Below are positions 36,912 through 51,500 of a DNA stretch of 64,000 nucleotides, piece after piece (the stretch's first letter is position 1; each line of letters begins with the position of its first letter). The notes beneath the pieces are model-generated. The model was not told the DNA's origin and did no database searches. It saw nothing but the letters and a program-made list of their open reading frames with translations. The translations under genes were made by a program, and so were the position numbers. The stretch lies in NCBI RefSeq assembly GCF_902652985.1, contig NC_047027.1:7006001-7070000 (forward strand), given 5' to 3'. The stretch is from Pecten maximus (taxonomy: Eukaryota).

Positions 36912-38296
36912 ATGAACACACAGCGTGCTGTCAGACTGGTTATGAAGATGCCACTACATACACAACAACACAACTCGATACGGAGTCTACAGACGATGTA
37001 AGTAGTCTATTTAACGGATCATTTTCGGGGGTTATGTTTTTCTAAGTTTTGTCGTTTTAAGATATTTTGTCCCATGTGTATTGACGTTAGTGTGTGTTTT
37101 TTTTGTCCCCACGTTGGTATGTTGTCACCGTATGCAGCTATTTGCTTACGGTTTGGCAAGCCAAGTTGTCATTTATTACGGAGCATCGTTGATCCAGGAA
37201 TTTTCCAAATTATATCAGATATCTTATAATTTAAGCTTTATAAGATATCTCAAATAATAAATAAGATATCTTATCATTATTTTTTTCTTCTTATAAAGTT
37301 TAAATAAGATACCTTATAAACATATACGATATCTCATATATTATATGGGATATCTTATTTAATTTGGTAAGATACTGGATCATCATTGCTCCACGAATAA
37401 ATGACAACTTGGCTTGCCTTGTTATGCAGTAGTATATTCTCCTTGTGACATTTGATTAAGTATGTGTGGGTAGACCTAATGTTATGAACACAACAACGAT
37501 TTTTAATTCCTTATGATAAAGACACCGTCCTATTGGTCCTTTAATTCTGAGCTTTGTTGAATTAGATGTTGAAAGGAAATACGAAAACTAACGTAAATTC
37601 TATGATATTATATATAATTATGATTTATAATTACATTAATTTCTACGATATTTACAGGGTCACTGTAAACCCTGCCGTGGAGGCCACGCCCCCTACAATG
37701 CCCACTATTATGATTTATAATTACATTAATTTCTATGATATTTACAGGGTCACTGTAAACCCTGCTGTGGAGGCCACGCCCCCTACAATGCCCACTATTA
37801 TGACGACTTGGCGGACGTTACAGGAAAAGAACTGGTATACAACTCAGGGTCACCAACAGTCACAAACCTTTGATACGTTCGGCTCAGCCGGGAAAAAGAT
37901 TCTAGGTATGTTTAACATGTTATCACTTTATATTTTACACGTCCAATGTTCAGATTGTTGTTGGAGAAGCAGATAATTTTTGTCTTACTTATCAATTATG
38001 TCCGTGTAAATCTAAACTTTTATTATGAAAAATGTACATTAACTAAAATAAATTGGCATTAAAACCAAGTCTACATAAAAAGAGACTGACAGATGGAGTA
38101 TTTACAATGTGACTCCTACTTTTTTTTTATACAGTTAACTAACATTTGTTATTTGCAATTGACTAGTTTTTTTTTAAATTTGTTTTCAGGAACACGGTAC
38201 CTTGGCGTTTCTGAAGAAATCCCGAGATCTGAAAGTGAACAATTAAGTATGCTACAAAACTTTGGAAGTTTTACATTGAAGTCACAACGGCTGTGA
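36912..38296 (+). CDS. Divergent family paralogue D, 116 aa (146 aa with upstream acceptor); exons 36912-36997, 37748(or 37658)-37905, 38190-38296
   Basis: MNTQRAVRLVMKMPLHTQQHNSIRSLQTMVTVNPAVEATPPTMPTIMTTWRTLQEKNWYTTQGHQQSQTFDTFGSAGKKILGTRYLGVSEEIPRSESEQLSMLQNFGSFTLKSQRL*; shares RxLQ, TPP, WxTLQExxWxTTQxH, ILG(S/T)RxLG and intron phases with A; AATAAA at about 38658. Confidence 0.85.
37148..37425. mobile_element. MITE in intron 1 of D
   Basis: TIRs GGCAAGCCAAGTTGTCATTTATT / AATAAATGACAACTTGGCTTGCC with internal AAGATATCTT palindromic repeats. Confidence 0.8.
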
Positions 38297-38834
38297 TGTG
38301 TATTTAGATAAATGTTGTTCTCTGGTTTGGAGTCGCACCAACTGTGAAATGTTTGACCGTTTGGTCCTGCCAATCACTTGGACAAACGGGACTGGCTGTT
38401 CAAGACTACCTTGAATTTAAAGTTAAAGCCATTGACAGCCATTGATCTTCAAACCTGACGAAATAATGCGATAAACGGTTGTGAGTGTTTAATGTATTCT
38501 GTGATAAAATGGTAAGTATTATTGGAAGTAATGTGACTCGTGAAAATCATCTATTTACATAGTAATTAAATATTGTCTGGTGAAGCTGCGGTTCATTGAC
38601 ATGCATAGACGATGTGTTTTGTAACACAGATTTGTTATATGTAATTGTGTACCATGAATAAAATACACACGTAAACATGTCTTTGTTTGTATTTCATTAA
38701 AACTGATATTGTATTATATATCGCCTCTGTATACAAGGATCTTACCTGTATCTGGTTATATGATCAATCAATTAATGCAGTTTACTAAAAAAAAGTTACG
38801 TCGGCTAGGAGATGGATCCGAATTGTTCACCTGG

Positions 38835-40480
38835 AAGGTAGCCATGGTAACTGTTACATCACAGACGGTATAATTAGTTAGTTATAAGGCAGTCATGATC
38901 AACGTTACATCACAGACGGTATAATTAGTTAGTTATAAGGCAGTCATGATCAACGTTACATCACAGACGGTATAATTAGTTATAAGGTAGCCATGATAAC
39001 CGTTACATCACAGACGGTATAATTGGTTATAAGGTAGTCATGATAACAGTTACATCACAGACGGTATAATTAGTTATAAGGTAGTCATGATAACCGTTAC
39101 ATCACAGACGGTATAATTAGTTATAAGGTAGCCATGATAACCGTTACATCACAGACGGTATAATTAGTTAGTTATAAGGTAGTCATGATAACCGTTACAT
39201 CACAGACGGTATAATTAGTTAGTTATAAGGTAGTCATGATAACCGTTACATCACAGACGGTATAATTAGTTATAAGGTAGCCATGGTAACCGTTACATCA
39301 CAGACGGTATAATTAGTTAGTTATAAGGTAGTCATGATACCGTTACATCACAGACGGTATAATTAGTTAGTTATAAGGTAGTCATGATAACCGTTACATC
39401 ACAGACGGTATAATTAGTTATAAGGTAGTCATGATAACCGTTACATCACAGACGGTATAATTAGTTATAAGGTAGACATGATAACCGTTACATCACAGAC
39501 GGTATGATTAGTTATAAGGTAGCCATGATAACTGTTACATCACAGACGGTATAATTAGTTATAAGGTAGTCATGATAACCGTTACATCACAGACGGTATA
39601 ATTAGTTATAAGGTAGTCATGATAACCGTTACATCACAGACGGTATAATTAGTTATAAGGTAGTCATGATAACCGTTACATCACAGACGGTATAATTAGT
39701 TATAAGGTAGCCATGATAACCGTTACATCACAGACGGTATAATTAGTTATAAGGTAGTCATGATAACCGTTACATCACAGACGGTATAATTAGTTATAAG
39801 GTAGCCATGGTAACCTTTACATCACAGACGGTATAATTAGTTATAAGGTAGTCATGATAACCGTTACATCACAGACGGTATAATTAGTTATAAGGTAGTC
39901 ATGATAACCGTTACATCACAGACGGTATAATTAGTTATAATGTAGTCATGATAACCGTTACATCACAGACGGTATAATTAGTTAGTTATAAGGTAATCAT
40001 GATAACCGTTACATCACAGACGGTATAATTAGTTATAAGGTAGTCATGATAACCGTTACATCACAGACGGTATAATTAGTTATAAGGTAGTCATGATAAC
40101 CGTTACATCACAGACGGTATAATTAGTTATAAGGTAGTCATGATAACCGTTACATCACAGACGGTATAATTAGTTATAAGGTAGTCATGATAACCGTTAC
40201 ATCACAGACGGTATAACTAGTTATAAGGTAGCCATGATAACCGTTACATCACAGACGGTATAATTAGTTATAAGGTAGTCATGATAACCGTTACATCACA
40301 GACGGTATAATTAGTTACAAGGTAGCCATGATAACTGTTACATCACAGACGGTATAATTAGTTATAAGGTAGCCATGATAACTGTTACATCACAGACGGT
40401 ATAATTAGTTATAAGGTAGCCATGATAACTGTTACATCACAGACGGTATAATTAGTTATAAGGTAGCCATGATAACATTA
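38835..40480. repeat. 47-bp satellite, about 34 copies (some +4 nt AGTT variants)
   Basis: CGTTACATCACAGACGGTATAATTAGTTATAAGGTAGTCATGATAAC. Confidence 0.97.
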
Positions 40481-42754
40481 ACCGTTGCAAATTGCCTCGT
40501 TTTTTATGATTTCGTCAAAAATCTGTATCACTATAATGAATGATATTATTAGATTAAACGTGAAAAATGCAGTTGGTGTTACGACAATAAATCTTATTTA
40601 TTTTTCCAGATCAAACTACCTAAGTGGCAGTTCTACTTCCTAAAATATATAATATAAATTATGTTCTTTACAGAGCATTTTCATAGTGTCACTTGTTTCG
40701 CACTTGTTGTAAATTAAACAAAAAATTACATTTAAAAAAAAGAGCAAACTTTAAGGAAATTACGGATTTCTATCTGGTAAAAAAGGAAAAATTAAATGAA
40801 TAAATTAACAATCATCGAATAAAAAGCGCGCATAATTATGTTTAAATGATGTGAAATAAAACATATGTATCTATCACCGACGAATTTCTGTTGATAGAAA
40901 TGAAACTGACTAGTCTTCATATTTAACATTTTGACGCCACAAGTTACAATATGAGGTAATAAAAATATAGAGGATAAATAAAAAAGAAGAAAAAGGAAAG
41001 TAGAAAAACGGGAAAGATATAATGATGCTGACCATTAAAATGACAAATCAGTGAAGGAGCTAAGGGCTAAGTCATTATATGTTTCATACAGTAAATAAAC
41101 TGTTTTAAGGTTCGTGTCAGAATCCGAAAATAAAATCTACACTAGAATTTGATAAAGCAAAGTGAATTGTGCTGGGCTTCGATAATAATGATAGTTATTT
41201 GGCTTGATATTATAATTTTGTCTCGTGACTACGTCGAGACGGCCAAAACAAAGATTTTCTATTCTGATCACGCGGAATTTTTTGGAAACCAAGATAGTAA
41301 TTGTATACTAAATTGTGAGGATTTATGTCAACTTTACCATGGAAATAGTGTAAGTGAAGGTGTTAGTAATTTGCGGTAAAAATATCGTGGGGGTTACCTT
41401 TTGCAAAATCGCTTCTATTTTTCAGTTTAACATTTATATATGGAAACCATGGTTTTCAGAAATTTTAGGTGTGGGAAAACTCATTTTACATATTACAAAA
41501 GTGATATTTTTCACTAGAAAAAACGATCACTTTTTCTGATATTTTTCAATAGTGTAAAAATATCACTTTTTCCGATTTTACCAATCAAAACATTGCTTAT
41601 GGGAGAAGTTTAAAGCTACCCCGGTAGATTTTGCTATACAATGTAATTAACAGAATTTCAAACAGTATCTTCAGTGATATCAAATAAATTTCACATCTCG
41701 ATAAATACATTTGGTATTACTGAAAACACGGTTAGATATCCTCTATATATTTCCTGTAAACTACACTAACAATGGTACAGACGGTAACATAGCGATCAAT
41801 TCTATCTAGGAGTAATATAGTTTTAAACGATTTAAAACAATCTCCTCAAAATATTCTGAAATCGGCTTAATTTCCACCATATACATGATACAGAAATAAC
41901 AAAACAGGAAAATAACAATTGAGACATTTATTAATAACCCGTATACAATCCCTATAGACAACACTCGACGGTGACTCATTACACCGTAATACAACCTCAA
42001 AAAAAAAATAACGGTATAACATAATCACACGAAATCAATCGTTTTACAATCAAGATATTATACAACATTGACACCAAAACACCAAAACACAAATACTTCA
42101 CAAACATCAATTTCAAACAAATAATCTAAAAGTATAAATATAGATATATATAATCCCCTAAAAAACACACACGCAATTATCTCCACTCTTCAATCCATCG
42201 AATACCACCGGTTAATTACAGTGAACATCGCCATAAGTACACAGTACACTCACTAAGTGTATCCGACGATGTCTTCTATTGAATATAAAATCAAATCATG
42301 GTTATCTCCCTTTACACCTCACAACCAATAATACTATTTACAGAAAAGTATGTTTACAATATACCCTGACAAGAATAATGTTTGTAAACAATCAGAGAAC
42401 CCCCTAGATTTGTTTAACCTCAGTACGGATGTACAGTCTCCGGTATGGTCCCCCGTTAACACACACTAGAAGTGTGGAGAGCAGGCGTATAGATTTATAA
42501 TATAACTTCCCCGTCATTAAATGCTTCCTTATCATACTTAATAAAACAAACATGGGCATGTAAATATATAAATATATTGGCTATATGTATCTGATATGAT
42601 CGTTTTAACGGTGTCTTGTAAAGAAGATTTAACATAGACGTACATAACTGTTCAACCTCACCCTTGGTTGTATCCCATTATTGTACTGTTTTAAAACACT
42701 ACATCAAAACTATTTGTAAAAGTTCCTTGTAAGATAGAATTGCACACTTATGGT

Positions 42755-42960
42755 TACCTAGGCGGTCAGGCTTCGGTTCCCCGATCAGACTGAATAAGTA
42801 TGTGGTCACCTGCCCGATCACGTCGGGTTTCTCCGTATTCCCTGGTTTCATTCCCCAGTAAGATCCCTCGCGCGCTTCAATCCGGGCCGACAAGGGTGAT
42901 TAATACCAGTTGATACATTTCATTTTGAAATTGTTGTAAAATAAATAATTTACATTTTAG
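42755..42960 (+). mobile_element. tRNA-derived V-domain-like SINE, one per macro-repeat unit (also about 47400, 52258, 57145, 61467)
   Basis: B-box-like GGTTCGGTTCCCC and CACGTGGGTTTTCTCC...GGTTTCCTTCCCCAG (best preserved at 57145-57350), tail TTGTTGTAAAATAAATAATTTACATTTT. Confidence 0.7.
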
Positions 42961-43043
42961 AATGAAACTTACATCATCCTAAAAGTTCATGTTACTGTTA
43001 ACGGTACACAACATCTCTAACCTATTACAGCCTACTTTCTACC

Positions 43044-43888
43044 CTACACTGTAAATGTTAATTGGTTTATACTGTCTTCTTTTGTTTGTAAACGTTTTGT
43101 CTTTAATCTTCGCATCATCTTTTTTGTCGCTGTTATCGGTAAATTTGTTGGTGCTGGTTTCAAAATCGACGGCACCTGGGCAACCATAAAATCTCCGAAA
43201 ATTGGTTGTCTGTCCAATAACACTGGTTCATGTTTTAATAGTTTCCTGAATATTTCCAACTGCTTCGATCCTGAGAGAAAAGGTGAAAATGTGTTATAAC
43301 AGTGTTTAATTATGTTGTCTCTTTCTGCTTCAGATTTAATATCAACTGTATCTAGAACTAGATATATATTATTTAGATATTTAAAAAAACAAACCTTTAA
43401 TTGTCTTCCCCACTGTGTTGAAGGTGTCCATTTCACCTGGTCTGACCTGACCGTCCTGACGAAGTGCGCCACACACCCTCAACATATCTTCCGAGGGGGC
43501 GTGGTCGCCCTTGTGGATTTTACTTGGTACTTGAGCGGGGAACTGTATGAGTAAAATATTCAGAGTTAATTTACTAATAACAGATATACATAGCAATGTT
43601 TTGTCGGGAAATGGTACATAGAATAGCTTCTGTTTTGTTTGGTAGATAATTGTTTAACGTCCTATCAACATCTAAGGCTATTTTATATTGTCCTTTCAAT
43701 TCAAGATAATTAAAATATTGATATCATGGGGAAATGATCTGATGTAAAATAACATAATCTGAATTGATATAACCACAATAAGAACACTTTAATAGTTGAC
43801 ATACTTACAATGTTTGAAAACGTCTACTGATGTCTTTCCGTGTCGATACGATCATGTGCCTCAATAGATTACTACATGTAGCGTTCAT
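43044..43888 (-). pseudogene. Family paralogue E1; exons 43888-43809, 43542-43395, 43270-43044; exon 2 is 1 nt short (frameshift in G-run, possibly a sequencing error)
   Basis: G5 at 43495-43499 versus G6 in E2/E4/E5; exon 2 is 148 rather than 149 nt; otherwise intact. Confidence 0.6.
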
Positions 43889-45344
43889 GGTTTACAATTA
43901 TATCTGAGCTCTCTCGTATATCGTGGTTACAGACAGAAGTGTTCAGTCAAAATAAGCCTAATGGTTTAGTACACAACAGTCTGAATATAAACAATGAATG
44001 AACAACAGAAATGATCGTACGATATCGCGTGTCAAGTTAAGCAGCCTCTAAATATGTTGGGGTTTTACCTTCCCTGCCTTGAAGGGATGGACACGTGCGA
44101 ATATTAAGCTAAAACTCGGAATATCAATATATAAACATGTTCTATGTATAGAATTCTGGCAATTTTTCCAGTTTTCAGCAGAAAAACTATATATAGAGTT
44201 TAGAAATACCATGTTTATTTTGATATATCTGTACATAATGATGGTAACATAGAAACATATTAATATGAAACTAGAAATACTGGGATTTTAAATCTAACAA
44301 TATGTACTTATATTGGTGTTAGATTAAATATATATACATTTGTATGTTGTTAATTCGTGATTGATATTAATATTACTATTCTCGATCCAAGTTTACATAA
44401 AATATCACGAATTTACAATCGAACTTCCTTTACATTTCACAACCAATACATGCGACATTGCATATTAAATATTATCTTAATCATTCAGCCTATATAAACA
44501 TGTATAAGCGTGGGTTTTATGTTAGATTGACAATCATGTGCGTTTGTTCGGAAGATTGATAATCATGTGTGTGTTTGTTTGAGTTAAATAGGACAATCAT
44601 GAATAGTAAACTGTATAAAACGTCTTTGTTACTGTCATCCGTTTGATGACAAAGCCTTTTCTATACATAAGTTTTGTTAAACGTGTTTTAAATGAATGCG
44701 GGATGAGTTACTTATGGGATATATAATAGTCTTCTGAATGTAATCCACTATGGCTAAAAACATTTTATTAAGTTAAGACTTTATGACCAGTACTTACAGA
44801 AATGGCAGAGTGATGGACACAATTCATCAAAGGCTATATGTTATAGAGTTTTTAAGGATAACTGTCATTTTAAAAGTTATTTACATACTTTGATAAAGAT
44901 TGAGTCATTTTTTCGTTAATTTCGTACAACTAACCATCAATTTATCAGATTGAGTGTAAGGAAAGAACATGTTCACATTGTAATCGTCAACAAATTTGTG
45001 ATGAATTTCATGATTTACTTGAATGTACAATATCATCTGCTCATAGAATTTTATATATAGACAAATACTGTTGGTCAAGACCAAATATCATTAATTTTAA
45101 CGAACTCATGAATATAACTAAAGTTAAAACACCAATCAAAATGTTACTTTTATCAGAATACTTAATAACATTATATGTCCTGCTTACTAAAAATGAAAAT
45201 GTTTTATTTTGAAACAGTGCCATGTATCAACTACGAGCACTACTTTAATTGTATATGTTTTATTGTCAATATGTTTTTCTCTATACCTCATGTCAGTACA
45301 TTTGCCTGTGAAAAGAGAAGAAAACAAATTTGTATTTGATTTGA

Positions 45345-46220
45345 TGTGTTTGTTTGTTTGGGTTACGGATAATCTAGATAGTGTGTGTTTGTTTGGGTAA
45401 TGTATAATCTAGATAGTGTGTGTTTGTTTGGGTTACGGATAATCAAGATAGTGTGTGTTTGTTTGGGTTACGGATAATCAAGATAGTGTGTGCTTGTTTG
45501 GGTAATGTATAATCTAGATAGTGTGTGTTTGTTTGGGTTACGGATAATCTAGATAGTGTGTTTGTTTGGGTTACGGATAATCTTGATAGTGTGTGTTTGT
45601 TTGGGTTACGGATAATCAAGATAGTGTGTGTTTGTTTGGGTTATGAGTAATCTAGATAACGTGTGTTTGCTTGGGTTATGTATAATCTAGATGGTGTGTG
45701 TTTGTTTGGGTTATGAGTAATCTAGATAGTGTGTGTTTGTTTGGGTTATGGGTAATCTAGATAGTGTGTGTGTTTGTTTTGGTTATGTATAATCTAGATA
45801 GTGTGTGTTTGTTTGGGTTACAGACAATCTAAATAGTTTGTGTTTGTTTGGGTTACGGATAATCTAGATAGTGTGTGTTTGTTTGGGTTATGAGTAATCT
45901 AGATAACGTGTGTTTGCTTGGGTTATGTATAATCTAGATGGTGTGTGTTTGTTTGGGTTATGAGTAATCTAGATAGTGTGTGTTTGTTTGGGTTATGGGT
46001 AATCTAGATAGTGAGTGTGTTTGTTTTGGTTATGTATAATCTAGATAGTGTGTGTTTGTTTGGGTTACAGACAATCTAGATAGTGTGTGTTTGTTTGGGT
46101 TATGGGTAATCTAGATAGTGTGTGTTTGTTTGGGTTATGGGTAATCTAGATAGTGTGTGTTTGTTTGGGTTATGGGTAATCTAGATAGTGTGTGCTTGTT
46201 TGGGTTATGGGTAATCTAGT
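45345..46220. repeat. 35-bp minisatellite ending each macro-repeat unit (also about 49983-51068, 55402-55955, 59537-60272, 63857-64000)
   Basis: GTGTGTGTTTGTTTGGGTTACGGATAATCTAGATA, variable copy number. Confidence 0.96.
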
Positions 46221-47689
46221 GTGTGTACGTGTGTAAACTATCACTGATTTTACCAATCAAAACATTGCTTATGGGAGAACTTTTAAGCTACCACGGTAGA
46301 CTTTGCTATACAATGAAATTAACAGAATTTCAACCAGTATCTTCAGTGATACCAAATAAATTTCACAACTCGAGAAATACATTTGGTATTACTGAAAACA
46401 TGGTTAGATATCCTCTATATATATCTCCTATAAACTACACTAACAATAGACAGTAACATAGCGATCAATTCTATCTAGGAGTAATATAGTTTTAAACGAT
46501 TTAAAGCAATCTCCTCAAAATATTCTGAAATCGGCTTAATTTCGATCATATACATGATACAGAAATAACAAAACAGGAAAATAACAAGTGAGACATTTAT
46601 TGATCACCCGTATACAATCCCTAAATACAACACTCGACAGTGACTCATTACACCGTAATACAACCTCAAAAAAAATAACGGTATAACATAATCACACGAA
46701 ATCAATCGTTTTACAATCAAGTTATTATACAACATTGACACCAAAACACAAAATCACAAATACTTCACAAACATCAATTTCAAACAAATAATCTAAAAGT
46801 ATAAATATAGATATATATAATCCCCTAAAAAAACACACGCAATTATTTCCACTATTCAATCCACCGGATACCACCGGTGGATTACAGTGAACATCGCCAT
46901 AAACACTAATGACGATGTCTTCTATTGAAGATAAAATCAAATCATGGTTATCTCCCTTTACACCTCACAACCAATAATACTATTTACAGAAAAGCATGTT
47001 TACAAAATACCCTGACAAGAATAATGTTTGTAAACAATCAAGGAACCCCCTAGATTTGTTTAACCTCTTCACTACGGATGTACAGTTTCCGATATGGTCC
47101 CCCGTTAACACACTAGAAGTGTGGTGAGGAGGCGTATAGATATATAATACAACTTCCCCGTCATTAAATGCTTCCTTATCATACTTAATAAAACAAACAT
47201 GGGCATGTAAATATATAAATATATTGGCTATATGTATCTGATATGATCGCTTTAACGGTGTCTTGAAAAGAAGATTTAACATAGACGTACATAACTGTTC
47301 AACCTCACCTTTGGTTGTATCCCATTATTGTACTGTTTTAAAACACTACATCAAAACTATTTGTGAAAGTTCCTTGTAAGATAGAATTGCACACTTATGG
47401 TTACCTAGGCGGTCAGGCTTCGGTTCCCCGATCAGACTGAATAAGTATGTGGTCACCTGCCCGATCACGTCGGATTTCTCCGTATTCCCTGGTTTCATTC
47501 CCCAGTAAGATCCCTCGCGCGCTTCAATCCGGGCCGACAAGAGTGATTAATACCAGTTGATATATTTCATTTTGAAATTGTTGTAAAATAAATAATTTAC
47601 ATTTTAGAATGAAACTTACATCATCCTAAAAGTTCATGTTACTGTTAACGGTACACAACATCTCTAACCTATTACAGCCTACTTCGATC

Positions 47690-48535
47690 CTACACTGTAA
47701 ATGTTAATTGGTTTAAACTGTCTTCTTTTGTTTGTAAACGTTTTGTCTTTAATCTTCGCATCATCTTTTTTGTCGCTGTTATCGGTAAATTTGTTGGTGC
47801 TGGTTTCAAAATCGACGGCACCTGGGCAACCATAAAATCTCCGAAAATTGGTTGTCTGTCCAATAACACTGGTTCATGTTTTAATAGTTTCCTGAATATT
47901 TCCAACTGCTTCGATCCTGAGAGAAAAGGTGAAAATGTGTTATAACAGTGTTTGATTATGTTGTTTCTTTCTGCTTTAGATTTAATATCAACTGTATCTA
48001 GAACTAGATATATATTATTTAGATATTTTAAAATACAAACCTTTAATTGTCTTCCCCACTGTGCTGAAGGTATCCTTGTCACGTGGTCTGAATTGACCGT
48101 CCTGACGAAGTGCGCCACACACCCTCAACATATCTTCCGAGGGGGGCGTGGTCGCCCTTATGGATTTTACTTGGTACTTGAGCGGTGAACTGTATGAGTA
48201 AAATATTCAGAGTTAATTTACTAATAACAAATATACATAGCTATGTTTTGTCGGGAAATGGTACATAGAATAGCGATTGTCTGGTTTGGTTTATTATTGT
48301 TTAACGTCCTATCAACATATAAGGCTATTTTAAATTGTCCTTTCAATTCAAGATAATTAAAATATTGATATCATGGGGAAATTATCTGATGTAAATTAAC
48401 ATAATCTGAAATAATATAACCACAATAAGAACACTTTAATAGTTGACATACTTACAATGTTTGAAAACGTCTACTGATGTCTTTCCGTGTCGATAAGATC
48501 ACGTGCCTCAATAGATTACTACATGTAGCGTTCAT
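47690..48535 (-). CDS. Family paralogue E2, 151 aa; exons 48535-48456, 48189-48041, 47916-47690
   Basis: MNATCSNLLRHVILSTRKDISRRFQTFSPLKYQVKSIRATTPPSEDMLRVCGALRQDGQFRPRDKDTFSTVGKTIKGSKQLEIFRKLLKHEPVLLDRQPIFGDFMV...QLTFTV*; GT-AG introns, phases 2 and 1. Confidence 0.82.
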
Positions 48536-51500
48536 GGTTTAATATTATATCTGAGCTCTCTCGTGTATCGTGGTTACAGACAGAAGTGTTCAGTCAAAAT
48601 GAGCCTAATGGCTTAGCACACAACAGTCTGAATATAAACAATGAATGAACAACAGAAATGATCGTACGATATCGCGTGTCAAGTTAAGCAGCCTCTAAAT
48701 ATGTTGGGGTTTTCCTTCCGTGTCGTGAAGGATGGACACGTGCGGATATTAACAGAAACTCGGGATATCATTTTATAAACATGTTCTATGTATAGAATTC
48801 TGGCAATTTTTCCAGTTTACAGCAGAAAAGCTATATATAGAGTTTAGAAATACCATGTTTATTTTTATATATCTGTACATAATGATGGTAACATAGAAAC
48901 ATATTAATATGAAACTAGAAATACTTGGATTTTAAATCTTACAATATGTACTTATATTGGTGTTTGATTACGATATATATATATTTGTATGTTGTTAATT
49001 CGTGATTGATATTAATATCACATTCTCGATCCAAGTTTACATAAAAGATCACGAATTTTCAATCGCGCTTCCTTTACATTTCACAACCAATATATGCGAC
49101 ATTGCATATTAAATATTATCTTAATCATTCAGCCTATATAAACATGTATAACGTGGGTTTTATGTTAGATTGACAATCATGTGCGTTTGTTCGGGAGATT
49201 GATAATCATGTGCGTGTTTGTTTGAGTTAAATAGACAATCATGAATAGTAAACTGTAGAAACGTCTTTGTTACTGTCATCCGTTTGATGACAAACCTTTT
49301 CTATACATAAGTTTTGTTAAACGTGTTTTAAATGAATGCGGGATGAGTTACTTATGGGATATATAATATTCTTCTGAATGTAATCCATTATGGCTAAAGC
49401 ATTTTATTAAGTTAAGACTTTATGACCAGTACTTACAGAAATGGCAGAGTGATGGACACAATTCATCAAAGGCTATATGTTATAGAGTTTTTAAGGATAA
49501 CTGTCATTTTAAAAGTTATTTACATACTTTAATAAAGATAGTCATTTTTTCGTTAATTTCGTACAACTAACCATCAATTTATCAGATTGAGTGTAAGGAA
49601 AGAACATGTTCACATTGTAATCGTCAACAAATTGGTGATGAATTTCATGATTTACTTGAATGTACAATATCGTCTGCTCATAGAATTTTATATATAGACA
49701 AATACTGTTGGTCAAGACCAAATATCATTAATTTTAACGAACTCATGAATATAACTAAAGTTAAAACACTAATCAAACTGTTACTTTTATCAGAATACTT
49801 AATAACATTATATATCCTCCTTGATAAAAATGAAAATGTTTTATTTTGAAACAGTGCCATGTATCAACTACGAGCACTACTTTAATTGTATATGTTTTAT
49901 TGTCAATATGTTTTTCTCTATACCTCATGTCAGTACATTTGCATGTGAAAAGAGAAGAAAACGAATTTGTATTTGATTTGATGTGTTTGTTTGTTTGGGT
50001 TACGGATAATCTAGATAGTGTGAGTTTGTTTGGGTTACGGATAATCTAGATAGTGTGTGTTTGTTTGGGTTACGGATAATCTAGATAGTGTGTGTTTGTT
50101 TGGGTTACGGATAATCTAGATAGTGTGTGTTTGTTTGTTTGGGTTATGTATAATCTAGACAGTGTGTGTTTGTTTGGGTTACGGATAATCTAGATAGTGT
50201 GTGTTTGCTTGGGTTACGGATAATCTAGATAGTGTGTGTTTGTTTGGGTAATGTATAATCTAGATAGTCTGTGTTTGGGTTACGGATAATCTAGATAGTG
50301 TGTGTTTGTTTGGGTTACGGATAATCTAGATAGTGTGTGTTTGTTTGGGTAATGTATAATCTAGATAGTGTGTGTTTGTTTTGGTTATGATAATCTAGAT
50401 AGTGTGTGTTTGTTTGGGTTACGGATAATCAAGATAGTGTGTGTTTGTTTGGGTTATGAGTAATCTAAATAACGTGTGTTTGCTTGGGTTATGTATAATC
50501 TAGATAGTGTGTGTTTGTTTGGGTTATGAGTAATCTAGATAGTGTGTGTTTGTTTGGGTTATGGGTAATCTAGATAGTGTGTGTGTTTGTTTTGGTTATG
50601 TATAATCTAGATAGTGTGTGTTTGTTTGGGTTACAGACAATCTAGATAGTTTGTGTTTGTTTGGGTTACGGATAATCTAGATAGTGTGTGTTTGTTTGGG
50701 TTACGGATAATCAAGATAGTGTGTGTTTGTTTGGGTTATGAGTAATCTAAATAACGTGTGTTTGCTTGGGTTATGTTTAATCTAGATAGTGTGTGTTTGG
50801 TTGGGTTATGAGTAATCTAGATAGTGTGTGTTTGTTTGGGTTATGGGTAATCTAGATAGTGTGTGTGTTTGTTTTGGTTATGTATAATCTAGATAGTGTG
50901 TGTTTGTTTGGGTTACAGACAATCTAGATAGTTTGTGTTTGTTTGGGTTACGGATAATCTAGATAGTGTGTGTTTGTTTGGGTTATGGGTAATATAGATA
51001 GTGTGTGTTTGTTTGGGTTATGGGTAATCTAGATAGTGTGTGTTTGTTTGGGTTATGGGTAATCTAGTATGTGTACGTGTGTAAACTATCACTGATTTTC
51101 CAATCAAAACATTGCTTATGGGAGAACTTTTAAGCTACCACGGTAGACTTTGCTATACAATGAAATTAACAGAATTTCAACCAGTATCTTCAGTGATACC
51201 AAATAAATTCCACAACTCGAGAAATACATTTGGTATTACTGAAAACATGGTAAGATATCCTCTATATATATCTCCTATAAACTACACTGACAATAGATAA
51301 TAGCATAGCGATCAATTCTATCTAGGAGTAATGTAGTTTTAAACGATTTAAAACAATCTCCTCAAAATATTCTGAAATCGGCTTAATTTCGATCATATAC
51401 ATGATACAGAAATAACAAAACAGGAAAATAACAATTGAGACATTTATTGATCACCCGTATACAATCCCTAAGTACAACACTCGACAGTGACTCATTACAC

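Noticed and set aside
38285-38296. Peroxisomal PTS1 in D (C-terminal QRL)
   Set aside because: Non-canonical and not conserved in other paralogues.
43044-43472. 142-aa single-exon ORF repeated in each macro-unit
   Set aside because: Its N-terminal half is out-of-frame exon 2 plus intron 2 and is broken in unit 4; only the part from GSKQLEIF is real exon 3.
45345-46220. Telomere-like TTTGGGTTA content
   Set aside because: Part of a 35-bp unit, not tandem TTAGGG.
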